From assembly GCA_965247995.1 (NCBI GenBank), contig OZ252041.1, forward strand, positions 259,411 through 323,410: a DNA stretch of 64,000 nt. Reading direction: 5' to 3'. The translations under genes were made by a program, and so were the position numbers. The notes under the pieces were generated by a model. That model did no database searches. It was given only the letters and a program-made list of their open reading frames with translations, and was not told the origin of the DNA. Shown piece by piece: positions 1 through 10,182 of this stretch; position 1 is the stretch's first letter, and every line of letters begins with the position of its first letter. The DNA is from Dehalococcoidia bacterium. GTDB taxonomy: Bacteria; Chloroflexota; Dehalococcoidia; UBA6926.

Positions 1-301
1 GCGGGCCGTCGAAGATCTCGAGGAGACCGAATTGGAGCGGGCGCGTGAGTTGGTTAAGGGTCGGTTGCTCCTGCGACTCGAGGACACGCGGGGTGTTTCA
101 GGGTGGTTGGGAGCCCAAGAGCTCCTGCTCGACCGAATCCATGACCCCGAGGAAGTCGTCGCCAAACTCGACGCCTTGACACTGGATGATCTCTACCAAG
201 CGGCACAGCGCGTCTTGCGGCCGGAGTCGTTCCGCCTCGCGATCGTCGGCCCACACCGAAGCCAGAAGCGCTACAGCAGACTATTGGACGCCGTGCTGTG
301 A
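1..301 (+). CDS. C-terminal fragment of M16 (insulinase/PqqL-like) zinc peptidase; 5' end outside window
   Basis: Open frame entering from the window edge. The tail ...LDALTLDDLYQAAQRVLRPESFRLAIVGP resembles the M16 C-terminal domain. Family recognised by eye only. Confidence 0.45.
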   Translation, partial: RAVEDLEETELERARELVKGRLLLRLEDTRGVSGWLGAQELLLDRIHDPEEVVAKLDALTLDDLYQAAQRVLRPESFRLAIVGPHRSQKRYSRLLDAVL

Positions 302-337
302 ACAGGCGTCGAGTATCACCTCAGTGAGGCTCCGCCC

Positions 338-598
338 ATGATCCGTTTGATACAGATGATGATTCTCGTCGTCATCGCGGGTGTGTTCTACGCGGAGGCC
401 CGGAAGGGACCGGAAGCGGAGAAATTGCGTGGCACTTCCCTCGGCTTCGTTCCGTACGACTTCCGACCGCAATCTCTCGGAGGAGCCCCGCGCGCATATT
501 GGGACCCGGATGACCCCAGAGTGTTTACTGGCCGCGCCGCTCCCATCGGATGGAGCCTCAATCTTGCTGCGATAGTTGACCGAATGCGGAGATTGTGA
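338..598 (+). CDS. small hypothetical membrane protein
   Basis: 86-aa ORF with one hydrophobic N-terminal helix (MIRLIQMMILVVIAGVFY) followed by a soluble tail. No recognised family. Confidence 0.35.
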   Translation: MIRLIQMMILVVIAGVFYAEARKGPEAEKLRGTSLGFVPYDFRPQSLGGAPRAYWDPDDPRVFTGRAAPIGWSLNLAAIVDRMRRL

Positions 599-769
599 TG
601 GGATTCTGGGACGAGCAGTTGCGGACATTGGTTATAACCCTCTGTGGTATAGTCCCGTCCGATGAAGGCCCGATAGCCCTGTTTGGACGCCGAGATCACA
701 GAGCGCACTAGGCGGTACCGTGACAGATAGTCCTGACGTTTCGACATCAGTGGCGCACGTAGGCCAAGT

Positions 770-1129
770 GTGACGACCTTCAACGACAAGACCCTGGCTT
801 GCGCGGAGTGCAGCAACGACTTCGTGTTCACCGCTGGGGAGCAAGAGTTCTACCACAACAAGGGTTTTGAGAATGAACCCAAGCGGTGCCCAGCCTGCCG
901 CTCGCTCCGCCGCAGCGAGGGATACCGTCAGCCTGACCGTGACGGGGGAGGCAGCGGAAGCGCGGACCGCGGTCCCCGTGGCGCGGCACGACGGATGTAC
1001 CCAGCCGTGTGCGCCTCGTGCGGCCAGAACACCGAGGTCCCGTTCGAACCCAAAGGCGTCAAGCCGGTGTACTGCTCTCGATGCTTCTCCCAGCAACGAT
1101 CGGTCTCTCCGAACGACGCCTGGCGGTGA
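770..1129 (+). CDS. double CxxC zinc-ribbon protein
   Basis: Four CxxC pairs (CAEC, CPAC, CASC, CSRC) form two zinc ribbons separated by a Gly/Arg linker. GTG start. Lies directly upstream of rpsU. Confidence 0.6.
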   Translation: MTTFNDKTLACAECSNDFVFTAGEQEFYHNKGFENEPKRCPACRSLRRSEGYRQPDRDGGGSGSADRGPRGAARRMYPAVCASCGQNTEVPFEPKGVKPVYCSRCFSQQRSVSPNDAWR

Positions 1130-1194
1130 GTTGTTGAATCGAACCCACAGTTGCGGGCGCGAGCCAGATTTGGTACACCATCTAGGGCAGTGAA

Positions 1195-1368
1195 ATGACG
1201 TACGTAACATTGCGCGAAGGCGAGAGCCAAGAACAACTGATCCGTCGGTTCCGGTCCGCGGTCGAGCGGTCTGGAATCCTGCGCCAGGCGAAGGAAAAGC
1301 GGCATTTTCTTTCGAAGCAGGAGAAGGCGCGACTCAAAGCTCGTAAGGCGCGCCGGCGACGGAACTGA
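1195..1368 (+). CDS. rpsU: 30S ribosomal protein S21
   Basis: 57-aa ORF, below the ORF-track length cutoff: MTYVTLREGESQEQLIRRFRSAVERSGILRQAKEKRHFLSKQEKARLKARKARRRRN. It aligns with the S21 core (…RKNESLE.ALRRFKRS….G.L.E..KREFY.K…). ATG at 1195, TGA at 1366. Confidence 0.85.
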   Translation: MTYVTLREGESQEQLIRRFRSAVERSGILRQAKEKRHFLSKQEKARLKARKARRRRN

Positions 1369-1395
1369 CTGCTCTGCCGTGCTTCTGAGAGCCTA

Positions 1396-2238
1396 GTGTC
1401 TGACGACAACGACAACCCAATGGTTCCGGATGGTGACTACTCGTTTACCCGCTTCGCCCAATTGGGGTTCTTTCGGGAGGAGAACGCCCGCCTCGTAGCC
1501 ATGGCGGGTCTGCAACCGGGCCAGCAAGTCGTGGACCTGGCGTGTGGCCCTGGGGAGGTCTCGAAGCTCATCCTTGACAAGGTGAGAGGCGCGCGGGACA
1601 GCCTGATCATCGGCGTAGACCTTTCGGCCAATGCCCTTCAGCAAGCACGTCAAGAGTTCGCGAACGTGCGCGACGCAGTGGTGAACTTCGTCCAAGCGCA
1701 AGCTGAAGACCTCTCTCAGATAATCAAACAGCGCGTTGACGCTGTGGTCCTTTGTAACGCGATCCACCTGATGTCGAACAAGGACCATGTTCTCCAAGAG
1801 ATAGGTGGCACGCTAAAACCCGGAGGAACGTTCGCGTTCAACAGCACCTTCTATACCGGGTCTCAGGTGCCAGAGACGGACACATTTTATCGGCGATGGA
1901 TGATGCGCGCCTTCCGTATCCTCCGTGCTGAACATGCGATGCAGCCGGACCGGGAGAAGGTCGTGGCGCGCCAGCAGTTGTCCGCAGAGCAGTACAAGGA
2001 GTTGCTCGTGCGGAACGGCTTCCAAGTCGCGAACGAGCACGTGGAGACGATCGACGTGCCGCTTGAGGGTTGGCTCTACATCAGTTCGTTCTCGGACTTC
2101 GTGGGCGGCGCGCTGCCTGGGGTCCCGGTGGAGACCGGTAGCAGCGTGTTGCAGAGGGCCATCCACGACACCTTTAAGGACATGCGTCTCACCTCCGTGA
2201 AACGGAACTGGTTGGAGATCGTCGCCACACGCCCGTAA
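1396..2238 (+). CDS. class I SAM-dependent methyltransferase
   Basis: Motif I VVDLACGPGE and the Rossmann MTase layout. GTG start at 1396; the alternative ATG at 1420 is possible. Confidence 0.8.
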   Translation: MSDDNDNPMVPDGDYSFTRFAQLGFFREENARLVAMAGLQPGQQVVDLACGPGEVSKLILDKVRGARDSLIIGVDLSANALQQARQEFANVRDAVVNFVQAQAEDLSQIIKQRVDAVVLCNAIHLMSNKDHVLQEIGGTLKPGGTFAFNSTFYTGSQVPETDTFYRRWMMRAFRILRAEHAMQPDREKVVARQQLSAEQYKELLVRNGFQVANEHVETIDVPLEGWLYISSFSDFVGGALPGVPVETGSSVLQRAIHDTFKDMRLTSVKRNWLEIVATRP

Positions 2239-2262
2239 GGCCGGCCTAGAGAGGTCCGCACG

Positions 2263-2766
2263 ATGAGCGTGGCCCCAGACATTTTTCGGTTGGTTCTCGG
2301 TTCGTTCGCTACCGGCGTCACGGTCGTAACCACGCGCTTCGAGGACGAGGTGCATGGAACGACGATGAGCGCGTTCGCTTCCGTCTCGCTGGACCCTCCG
2401 TTCGTCCTAATCTGTGTCGATCATGCTTCGACCAGTCGCGAGTTGATCGCGAAGAGCGGCGTATTCGCCGTGCATATCCTCCACGAGGGCCAGTCCGATT
2501 TGTCGGCCGCGCTTGCAGACAAGTCGACCGTTGCGCTTGCTTCGCTCCATGAACTCAATGACATCCCGCATTCACCAGGCGTCACGGGCGCACCGATCCT
2601 TGAAGAGCGCCTCGCGTACGCAGATTGCAGAGTCGTCAACGCTGTCGAAGCGGGGGACCACACGATCTACGTCGGCCACGTAGAAGATGCTGGGGTCAAC
2701 CGTGAAGGTCGCGACCCTCTAATCTACTTCCGCGGCAGATACGGTGGCATCGTGCCCACCCGATAG
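2263..2766 (+). CDS. flavin reductase (HpaC/FMN-binding split-barrel family)
   Basis: TGVTVVTT…MSAFASVSLDPPFVLICV…IYFRGRY is characteristic of flavin reductase-like domains. Confidence 0.8.
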   Translation: MSVAPDIFRLVLGSFATGVTVVTTRFEDEVHGTTMSAFASVSLDPPFVLICVDHASTSRELIAKSGVFAVHILHEGQSDLSAALADKSTVALASLHELNDIPHSPGVTGAPILEERLAYADCRVVNAVEAGDHTIYVGHVEDAGVNREGRDPLIYFRGRYGGIVPTR

Positions 2767-2774
2767 CCAGTTTC

Positions 2775-2804
2775 TTGACACGGTTCGGACGAATTAACTA
2801 GAAT
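2775..2804 (+). promoter_or_regulatory. sigma70-type promoter of the str/ribosomal superoperon
   Basis: TTGACA (2775-2780), an 18-nt spacer, then TAGAAT (2799-2804). A ~180-nt GC-hairpin-rich leader separates it from rpsL. Confidence 0.55.
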
Positions 2805-2985
2805 CCGCAGACGGCGCCCGAGAGGGCGCTGTGTCTTGGTGCCCGCGGGCGCATGGCTCGTTGGAACCCTCAGAGATTCGACCGTTCGGCATCTCTCGGA
2901 GGGTTAGTTTTCGAATGAGAACTCGCACGAGAGGGGCACGTGTGCCCGTGATCGGAAGGTGCGGAACGCGCCGAAGGAGAACGCA

Positions 2986-3399
2986 TTGCCGACAGTGAAT
3001 CAACTGGTCCGCAAGGGTCGGAAGCGGCCGAAAACGAAGTCGAAGGCGCCTGCGCTGCAGGTGAGTTTCAATGCGCTCTCCAATCGCGTCGTTCGTAACC
3101 TTCCGTCGCCACAGAAGCGCGGGGTCTGCACCCAGGTTCGAACAATGACTCCGAAGAAGCCGAACTCCGCCTTGCGGAAGATCGCCCGTGTCAGGTTGAC
3201 CAACGGGACCGAGGTCACCGCATACATCCCGGGGGAGGGACACAACCTCCAGGAGCACTCAACGGTGCTGATCCGGGGAGGGAGGGTCAAAGACCTCCCA
3301 GGAGTTCGCTACCACATCATCCGTGGGGCTCTCGACAGCGGTGGGGTCAGCGGCCGGCAACGGGGCCGCAGCAAGTACGGGACGAAGCGAGGCGCGTAG
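2986..3399 (+). CDS. rpsL: 30S ribosomal protein S12
   Basis: [23 protein letters not shown]… is the canonical S12 N-terminus. The likely TTG start at 2986 sits 7 nt after an AAGGAG RBS; the ORF-track ATG at 2959 lies further upstream. Confidence 0.9.
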   Translation: MPTVNQLVRKGRKRPKTKSKAPALQVSFNALSNRVVRNLPSPQKRGVCTQVRTMTPKKPNSALRKIARVRLTNGTEVTAYIPGEGHNLQEHSTVLIRGGRVKDLPGVRYHIIRGALDSGGVSGRQRGRSKYGTKRGA

Positions 3400-3403
3400 A
3401 CCG

Positions 3404-3871
3404 ATGTCGAGGAGAAGACGAGCCGAGCGGCGCATCGTCCAACCGGACGCCCGGTACGGCAGTGAAATGTTGGCTCGGTTCACGAACCGCGTCATGCAAC
3501 GGGGGAAAAAGGAACTTGCACGCCGGATTGTGAATGGCGCGCTGATGCAGATCGAGCGAGAGGGGCGCGACTCGATCCAAACGTTCGACCAAGCCCTCCG
3601 CAATGCCACACCTGCACTTCAGGTTCGCCCTCGGCGAGTTGGAGGAGCGACCTACCAAGTGCCGGTCGAAGTGCGGCCAGAACGCGGAACCGCCCTCGCG
3701 ATGCGGTGGCTCATTGACGCCGCCCGGGCACGAGGGGGCATGCCGATGGTGCGAAAACTCGCGCTCGAGTTGGTGGACGCTTCCCGAGCCCAAGGCGCCG
3801 CAGTGCGACGACGCGAGGAGTTGCACCGTATGGCCGACGCGAATCGTGCCTTTGTGCACTACCGCTGGTAA
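3404..3871 (+). CDS. rpsG: 30S ribosomal protein S7
   Basis: MSRRRRAERRIVQPDARYGS…ANRAFVHYRW, the S7 signature. ATG at 3404. Confidence 0.92.
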   Translation: MSRRRRAERRIVQPDARYGSEMLARFTNRVMQRGKKELARRIVNGALMQIEREGRDSIQTFDQALRNATPALQVRPRRVGGATYQVPVEVRPERGTALAMRWLIDAARARGGMPMVRKLALELVDASRAQGAAVRRREELHRMADANRAFVHYRW

Positions 3872-3891
3872 TCGACGAAACCCGAGCGTTC

Positions 3892-5964
3892 ATGTCCTCA
3901 ATCCAAGGCCTCGAAGGGGTCAGAAACATCGGCTTTATCGCGCACATCGACGCGGGGAAGACGACCGTCACCGAGCGCGCGCTTTACTTCACCGGTAGAA
4001 CCCATCGACTAGGGAACGTCGACGAGGGCAATACCGTGATGGATTGGATGGCCCAAGAGAAGGAGCGCGGAATCACCATCGTGTCCGCAGCCACCACGGT
4101 CTCATGGAACGACCGGACCATTAATGTCATTGACACGCCAGGCCACGTCGACTTCACCGCCGAGGTAGAACGTAGCCTCCGTGTTCTCGACGGAGGCGTC
4201 GTTATTTTCGACGCCAACGCAGGCGTAGAACCGCAATCGGAGACTGTATGGCGTCAGGCCGACCGCTACAACGTGCCGCGCATCTGCTTCATCAACAAGA
4301 TGGATAAGATCGGGGCCGATTTCTTCGCGTCGGTTGATTCTATCCACCGGCGGCTCGGTGTCACTGCAGTTCCGGTCCAGATACCATGGGGCCGGGAAGA
4401 CACCTTCAGAGGCGCAGTCGACCTGATCCGGCAAGTGGCCCTCGCGTGGGATGACGATTCTGGGCGCGAATACACCGAATACCCGATCCCCAGCGAGCTT
4501 CAGGAAGACGTAGCACGCTACCGCGAAGCCATGATTGAGCGGGCGGCCGAACAAGACGACGAGTTGATGATGAAGTTCCTGGAGGGCGAGGAGCTCGAGG
4601 AAGATGAAATCATCCGCGGCATTCGCCTTGGGACCACTCGGATGGCGATCTATCCCGTCCTGTGCGGGACCGCGCTCAAGAACAAAGGCATCCAACCGCT
4701 GCTCAATGCGATTACGGATTATCTGCCCTCACCACTAGACGTCCCACCGATCACCGGCATTGAGCCGCGGTCAGGGGAAGAGGTCGATCGCGTTCCGAGC
4801 TTGGATGATCCGTTCTGCGCTCTTGCGTTCAAAGTCGTGACAGACCCGTTCGCGGGTCGATTGGTGTACCTCCGCGTCTACTCCGGCGAGGCTCACGCTG
4901 GGTCCGGCGTTCTCAATTCGACTCAGGGCGAACGGGAACGCCTCGGCCGATTGATCCAGATGCATGCGAATCATCGAGAGGAGCTGGAAACGGCGACTGC
5001 AGGCAACATCGTCGCGGCAGTCGGTTTGAAGAACACCTTCACAGGCGACACCGTATGTGATGTTTCTTCGCCAATCCTGCTGGAGTCCATCAGCTTCCCG
5101 GACCCGGTGATCTCGGTGGCCATCGAACCATCGAGTCGCGAAGAAGAGGAAAAGTTAGTGGATGCCCTGATTAAGCTGTCGCAAGAGGACCCAACCTTCG
5201 TCACCCGCCGCGATGATGAAACGGGCCAGACGATCATCGCCGGCATGGGTGAACTCCACCTGGACGTGATCGTTGACCGCCTGAAGCGGGAGTTCCGCGT
5301 GGACGCCCAGATTGGTAAACCGCAGGTCGCCTACCGGGAGACCATCACGCGGCCAGCACGGGCCGAAGGGCGCTACGTGCGCCAGACCGGTGGCCGCGGT
5401 CAATACGGCCACGTGTGGATGAACATCGAACCCCTCGAAGCCGGTTCTGGTATTCAATTCCAGAACAAGATCGTCGGCGGTACGGTCCCACGCGAATACG
5501 TCGCCGCCGCGGAGGCCGGGATCAAGGAGACAGCGGCAGGTGGAGTCGTCAGCGGTTTCCCGTTGGTAGACGTCAAGATCGTGATCGACGATGGGTCGTA
5601 CCACGAGGTCGACTCCTCCGAAATGGCCTTCAAGATGGCAGGGTCGATCGGATTCAAGGACGCCGTTCGTGCGGCGCGGCCCGCGCTGATGGAGCCGGTC
5701 ATGAACGTTGAGGTCGTGTGTCCGGGCCCGACTCTTGGCGACGTTCTGGGAAACCTAAACGGTCGACGCGCGCAGATCCAGGGCATGGAGGGACGCGGCG
5801 ATCTTCAGATCGTGACCGCATTCGTTCCACTGTCCGATATGTTCGGATACGCGACCGCGTTACGCTCGTCTACGCAAGGTCGCGCGACGTACAGTATGGA
5901 GTTCCACCATTACGCCCGGGTCCCAGCGTCGATCGCGGAAACCGTCGCGGCTGGGTCTCGCTAA
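3892..5964 (+). CDS. fusA: elongation factor G
   Basis: 690 aa with G-domain motifs AHIDAGKTT, DTPGHVDF and NKMD, plus EF-G domains II-V. Confidence 0.95.
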   Translation: MSSIQGLEGVRNIGFIAHIDAGKTTVTERALYFTGRTHRLGNVDEGNTVMDWMAQEKERGITIVSAATTVSWNDRTINVIDTPGHVDFTAEVERSLRVLDGGVVIFDANAGVEPQSETVWRQADRYNVPRICFINKMDKIGADFFASVDSIHRRLGVTAVPVQIPWGREDTFRGAVDLIRQVALAWDDDSGREYTEYPIPSELQEDVARYREAMIERAAEQDDELMMKFLEGEELEEDEIIRGIRLGTTRMAIYPVLCGTALKNKGIQPLLNAITDYLPSPLDVPPITGIEPRSGEEVDRVPSLDDPFCALAFKVVTDPFAGRLVYLRVYSGEAHAGSGVLNSTQGERERLGRLIQMHANHREELETATAGNIVAAVGLKNTFTGDTVCDVSSPILLESISFPDPVISVAIEPSSREEEEKLVDALIKLSQEDPTFVTRRDDETGQTIIAGMGELHLDVIVDRLKREFRVDAQIGKPQVAYRETITRPARAEGRYVRQTGGRGQYGHVWMNIEPLEAGSGIQFQNKIVGGTVPREYVAAAEAGIKETAAGGVVSGFPLVDVKIVIDDGSYHEVDSSEMAFKMAGSIGFKDAVRAARPALMEPVMNVEVVCPGPTLGDVLGNLNGRRAQIQGMEGRGDLQIVTAFVPLSDMFGYATALRSSTQGRATYSMEFHHYARVPASIAETVAAGSR

Positions 5965-5982
5965 CAAGGATCGAACGGAACG

Positions 5983-6300
5983 ATGACGACAGCCAGGCGA
6001 CAACGCATCCGCATCCGTCTGAAGGCGTTCGACTACCGTCTCCTGGATCAAGCCGCGCAACAGATCGTTGAAGCCGCCGAAGGAACGGGTGCACAGGTAT
6101 CCGGCCCGACACCGTTGCCGACCCGGATCCGGAAGTTCACGGTTATCCGTTCACCCCATATCGACAAGGACTCCCGGGAGCAATTCGAGATCAGGACGCA
6201 CAAACGGTTGATTGACATCCTCGACCCCACGTCCCGGACTATCGACTCGTTGACCCACCTGGATTTGGCCGCCGGCGTCGACATTGAGATCACCTCATGA
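5983..6300 (+). CDS. rpsJ: 30S ribosomal protein S10
   Basis: [17 protein letters not shown]…, the S10 signature. It follows fusA after an 18-nt gap with no tuf between them. Confidence 0.92.
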   Translation: MTTARRQRIRIRLKAFDYRLLDQAAQQIVEAAEGTGAQVSGPTPLPTRIRKFTVIRSPHIDKDSREQFEIRTHKRLIDILDPTSRTIDSLTHLDLAAGVDIEITS

Positions 6301-6313
6301 CCAAGGTGCAGTC

Positions 6314-6955
6314 ATGCTGACCGGAATGCTGGGAACCAAACTCGGGATGACCCAGTTCATCCAAGAGGATGGACTCGTGACTGCAGTGACGGCTGTCGAG
6401 GTTGGCCCATGTACCGTGACGCAGATCAAGACGGATGCGACCGACGGTTATGAGGCCGTCCAGATCGGGTTCATGACGGTCCCGGAAAGAAAGCTCCAGA
6501 AGGCTCGACGGGGCCACCTTCAGAAGCACAACCTCGACGCCTTCAAACATCTCCGGGAGGTCCGTTCTCTACCGGAAACCGACCTTTCCATCGGCGAAAC
6601 ACTTCGTGTCGACCAAGTGTTTTCAGTCGGTGAGGTGGTCGACATCACCGGAACTTCAAAGGGGAAAGGGTTCGCCGGCGGTGTAAAGCGTTGGCACTTC
6701 CGAGGCGGACCCAAATCCCACGGTCAAGGCGACCGATGGCGTGCTCCCGGTTCGGTCGGCGCCGGGACGACCCCAGGCCGTGTTGTGAAGGGTTACAAGA
6801 TGGCCGGGCAGATGGGCAACAAGCGCATCACTCAGAAGCATGGCATCGTGGTCGCGATCGACTCCGATCGCGACCTATTGTTCGTCCAGGGGTCAGTCCC
6901 AGGAGCGACGAAGAACCTCGTGTTGGTCCGCAAGCGGGTCGAGACGCCACGATGA
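6314..6955 (+). CDS. rplC: 50S ribosomal protein L3
   Basis: MLTGMLGTKLGMTQ… start at ATG 6314. The in-frame ORF-track start at 6284 is upstream. Confidence 0.92.
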   Translation: MLTGMLGTKLGMTQFIQEDGLVTAVTAVEVGPCTVTQIKTDATDGYEAVQIGFMTVPERKLQKARRGHLQKHNLDAFKHLREVRSLPETDLSIGETLRVDQVFSVGEVVDITGTSKGKGFAGGVKRWHFRGGPKSHGQGDRWRAPGSVGAGTTPGRVVKGYKMAGQMGNKRITQKHGIVVAIDSDRDLLFVQGSVPGATKNLVLVRKRVETPR

Positions 6956-7596
6956 ATATCCCGGTCCGAAACGCTCAGGGGGACGTAGTCAGCGAGGCAG
7001 ACGTCAGTGACCTGCTCGTGAAGTCCCCGTTGAATGAAGGGCTCGTACACCAAGCTCTCGTGCAGCAGCGCGCCAATGCGCGCACCGGAACGCATTCCAC
7101 GAAAGTGCGCGCGGAAGTCCGCGGCGGGGGCCGGAAACCCTGGCGCCAGAAATACACTGGGCGCGCACGACACGGCAGCATCCGCTCCCCACTATGGCGG
7201 AGTGGTGGAGTGACCTTCGGCCCCAAGCCCCATCACCACCGGCAGAACATGCCAAAGCGGATGAAGCGACAGGCTCTGAGAGCAACGCTCTCCTCGAAGG
7301 TCCGTGATGCCGAGCTCGTCCTGATCGACACGTTCTCACTTGATGAGGGACGCACAAAGGAGATGGCCGCCATCTTGCAGCGACTCGGTGTCACAGGATC
7401 AACCCTGATCGTGACCCGGCACCCTGATCGCCCGGTCATCCTGTCCGCACGCAATCTCGACCGTGTGCGAACGCTGCCTGCTGACAATCTGAATGTTGGG
7501 GACTTGCTCCGCCACACGAACGTCGTGATGACTGTCGACGCGATGCGTCGAGCCGAGGAGCTGTGGGCGCGATCCGGCCGGAAAGGGGAGCGCTAG
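6952..7596 (+). CDS. rplD: 50S ribosomal protein L4
   Basis: MNIPVRNAQGDVV… ATG at 6952 overlaps the L3 stop (ATGA). Confidence 0.9.
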   Translation: MNIPVRNAQGDVVSEADVSDLLVKSPLNEGLVHQALVQQRANARTGTHSTKVRAEVRGGGRKPWRQKYTGRARHGSIRSPLWRSGGVTFGPKPHHHRQNMPKRMKRQALRATLSSKVRDAELVLIDTFSLDEGRTKEMAAILQRLGVTGSTLIVTRHPDRPVILSARNLDRVRTLPADNLNVGDLLRHTNVVMTVDAMRRAEELWARSGRKGER

Positions 7597-7600
7597 GTCT

Positions 7601-7891
7601 ATGGACATCCATCCCCTTGAAGTGCTTCGACGCCCGATCGTCACTGAGAAGTACACGGCATCTCAGGATGCCGGAAAGTACGCATTCGAGGTTCATCCGT
7701 CGGCGAACAAGAAGCAGATCGCGGAGGCGGTTGAATTCGCTTTCCGCGTCACCGTCAGATCCGTCAACACGATGAACGTCCATGGGAAGGCCAAGCGGCT
7801 TGGGACGCGGGTCTTCCGCGCGAGTGACTGGAAGAAGGCTATCGTGACGCTCGAACTGGGCGACCGGATCGACGTGTTCGAAGGGATTTAG
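7601..7891 (+). CDS. rplW: 50S ribosomal protein L23
   Basis: 96 aa, L23 fold signature, at the correct position in the S10 operon. Confidence 0.9.
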   Translation: MDIHPLEVLRRPIVTEKYTASQDAGKYAFEVHPSANKKQIAEAVEFAFRVTVRSVNTMNVHGKAKRLGTRVFRASDWKKAIVTLELGDRIDVFEGI

Positions 7892-7897
7892 CTCGCT

Positions 7898-8731
7898 ATG
7901 GCTGTCAAGATCGTCAAACCGACCTCTCCAGGCCGCCGCGACGCGGTCCTCGACGCGATGGATGACGTTGATCGAGTCGCACCAGAACGCACGCTGACCG
8001 CACCGCTCAAGAGCAATGCGGGCCGGAACGCTTCCGGCAGGATCACGACACGGCACCGCGGCGGTGGCGTGAAGCGCACCTATCGCGTGATTGATTTCAA
8101 GCGTGACAAACCCGGCGTGCCAGCCACGGTCAAATCAATCGAATACGATCCGAACCGATCCGCGCGGATCGCGTTGCTTTTCTACCACGACGGCGAGAAG
8201 CGGTACATCCTTGCTCCGCTCGGGGTCAAAAAGGGCGACGTCGTGCGGTCCGGTCCGGATGCTGAGATTCGACCTGGGAACGCGCTCCCGTTGAACGCGA
8301 TTCCCACCGGCACGACCATCCACAACATTGAGTTGCAGGTGGGCAAAGGCGCCCAGATGGTCCGCGGAGCGGGAACCGGCGCGCAGGTGCTGGCGCGGGA
8401 GGAGCGGTACACGCTCATCCGGATGCCGTCGGGAGAGCTGCGCCGCGTGCTTTCTACCTGCTACGCAACAGTCGGTCAGTTGGGCAACATCGACCATAAG
8501 AACCTCTCGTGGGGCAAGGCCGGTCGTAAGAGGTTGCGCGGGTGGCGTCCCACGGTGCGTGGTTCGGCCATGTCGCCGCGTGACCACCCACACGGTGGCG
8601 GCGAAGGACGCTCGCCTATCGGCATGCCGAGCCCGAAGTCCCCTTGGGGGAAGCCAACGCTCGGCAAGAGGACTCGAAGGAACAAGAAAAGCACGGTGTT
8701 CATCGCGCGTCGCAGAGGTTCACGCCGCTGA
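7898..8731 (+). CDS. rplB: 50S ribosomal protein L2
   Basis: 277 aa, …[13 protein letters not shown]… L2 motif. Confidence 0.95.
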   Translation: MAVKIVKPTSPGRRDAVLDAMDDVDRVAPERTLTAPLKSNAGRNASGRITTRHRGGGVKRTYRVIDFKRDKPGVPATVKSIEYDPNRSARIALLFYHDGEKRYILAPLGVKKGDVVRSGPDAEIRPGNALPLNAIPTGTTIHNIELQVGKGAQMVRGAGTGAQVLAREERYTLIRMPSGELRRVLSTCYATVGQLGNIDHKNLSWGKAGRKRLRGWRPTVRGSAMSPRDHPHGGGEGRSPIGMPSPKSPWGKPTLGKRTRRNKKSTVFIARRRGSRR

Positions 8732-8746
8732 CCCCGAGGTATTCAT

Positions 8747-9028
8747 ATGTCGCGATCCGTTAAGAAAGGGCCGTACATCAACCCGAAGCTAGCCAAAAAG
8801 GTGGAGGCCTTAGCGCGCAGTTCACAACGCTCCGTCGTTCGAACGTGGGCCCGTGCTTCTACGATCATGCCTGAGATGGTCGGAATGACCATCGCGGTGC
8901 ACGACGGGCGGCGCCATATTCCCGTGTTCATTACGGAGAACATGGTGGGTCACAAACTCGGAGAGTTCGCTCCAACGAGAACGTTCCGCGGCCACGCGGG
9001 ACGTAACGAGAGGCAGGCTCGGAGGTAG
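8747..9028 (+). CDS. rpsS: 30S ribosomal protein S19
   Basis: [11 protein letters not shown]…. Confidence 0.93.
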   Translation: MSRSVKKGPYINPKLAKKVEALARSSQRSVVRTWARASTIMPEMVGMTIAVHDGRRHIPVFITENMVGHKLGEFAPTRTFRGHAGRNERQARR

Positions 9029-9029
9029 G

Positions 9030-9371
9030 ATGGAGGTCTCAGCGAAGGTCAAGAACCTCTCAGTTTCGACAAAGAAGCTGAGGCTGCTGACTGAACCGCT
9101 CCGGGGCCAACGGGTCGAGGACGCGCTCACTTCGTTGCAGTTCACACCGAGCCCATGGGCAAAGCGAGTTGCCAAAGTCGTGCGTTCCGCCGCGGCGAAC
9201 GCTGAGACAAATTTCGAGATGGACCCCAGCATCCTACGGATCGTTCGGGTCGACATCGGACCGGCGCCGACACTGAAGCGGTATTATCCGCGCGCCCGTG
9301 GGCAGGCTGGTCCGAATTTCCACCGCCATAGCAACCTCCGCATAGTGGTCGACGACGAGGAGGCCAACTGA
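9030..9371 (+). CDS. rplV: 50S ribosomal protein L22
   Basis: 113 aa in the L22 position with L22-like sequence. Confidence 0.9.
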   Translation: MEVSAKVKNLSVSTKKLRLLTEPLRGQRVEDALTSLQFTPSPWAKRVAKVVRSAAANAETNFEMDPSILRIVRVDIGPAPTLKRYYPRARGQAGPNFHRHSNLRIVVDDEEAN

Positions 9372-10174
9372 TGGGTCATAAAGTTCACCCGTTCGGTTTC
9401 CGATTGGGGGTGATCCGGGATTGGCAGACTCATTGGTTTGCCGACCGGCCTGCGGTGTACCGATCGAACCTCCAAGAGGACATTAAGATCCGTGATTCGA
9501 TCCTCCGGCGACACCGAGACGCCGCAGTGGCGCGTGTGGAGATCGAGCGGAAAACAAACGAGGTCCGTGCCACGATCTACTCGGCTCGTCCCGGCGTGGT
9601 CATCGGGCGTGGCGGCCAACGCGTCGAGGTACTACGTCGTTTCCTAGAATCAATCACGAGCAAACGAGTGCGCGTCGACATCAATGAGATCCGGCAACCG
9701 GAGTTGGAGGCGACGCTAGTAGCCCAGAGCATCGCCGAACAGATTCAGCGACAGGTCTCGTTCCGCAGGGCCACCAAGCAGGCCGTACAACGCTCGATGC
9801 AAGCGGGCGCGCAAGGAGTGCGTGTCACCGTCTCTGGTCGACTGGGCGGGGCCGAAATCGCCCGACGTGAGAAAGCCATGGCAGGCCGAGTTCCCCTTCA
9901 CACCCTCCGTGCAGACCTCGACTTCGGCACCGCGGAAGCGAAGACTCAGATGGGCCAGATCGGCGTTAAAGTCTGGATCTACCGTGGCGACATCATCACC
10001 GAGATGACGGCGGCAGAAGCGGCGCAGCGCGCCGCGCTCGAGCAACCCCCGGCAGCACCCGATACTTCAACGGTCGCAGTTGCATCGGCCGCTCCGCCTG
10101 TGGAAAACCCAGCAATTGTTGTGCCGCAGGAGGTCGTCGCCAGCGCGGTCGCGGACGACGAATCTCAGGAATAG
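9371..10174 (+). CDS. rpsC: 30S ribosomal protein S3
   Basis: [14 protein letters not shown]… with a C-terminal low-complexity tail. Its start overlaps the L22 stop (TGATG). Confidence 0.93.
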   Translation: MGHKVHPFGFRLGVIRDWQTHWFADRPAVYRSNLQEDIKIRDSILRRHRDAAVARVEIERKTNEVRATIYSARPGVVIGRGGQRVEVLRRFLESITSKRVRVDINEIRQPELEATLVAQSIAEQIQRQVSFRRATKQAVQRSMQAGAQGVRVTVSGRLGGAEIARREKAMAGRVPLHTLRADLDFGTAEAKTQMGQIGVKVWIYRGDIITEMTAAEAAQRAALEQPPAAPDTSTVAVASAAPPVENPAIVVPQEVVASAVADDESQE

Positions 10175-10182
10175 ATCCAGCC

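Noticed and set aside
1128-1200. tRNA-like signal (GAATCGAACCC, the reverse complement of a TTCGATT T-loop) upstream of rpsU on the minus strand
   Set aside because: Flanking bases do not form a T-stem, and no D-arm, anticodon-arm or acceptor pairing could be drawn. It is probably a chance motif or a fragment. Left as a note under the rpsU finding.
632-1210. 192-aa minus-strand ORF
   Set aside because: Antisense to the zinc-ribbon gene and rpsU leader, with no RBS or family features.
7436-8056. 206-aa minus-strand ORF, with similar antisense ORFs across the ribosomal operon (e.g. 4102..4695, 20692..21237, 11215..11961)
   Set aside because: All overlap strongly supported r-protein, EF-G or RpoA genes on the + strand. 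No independent support.
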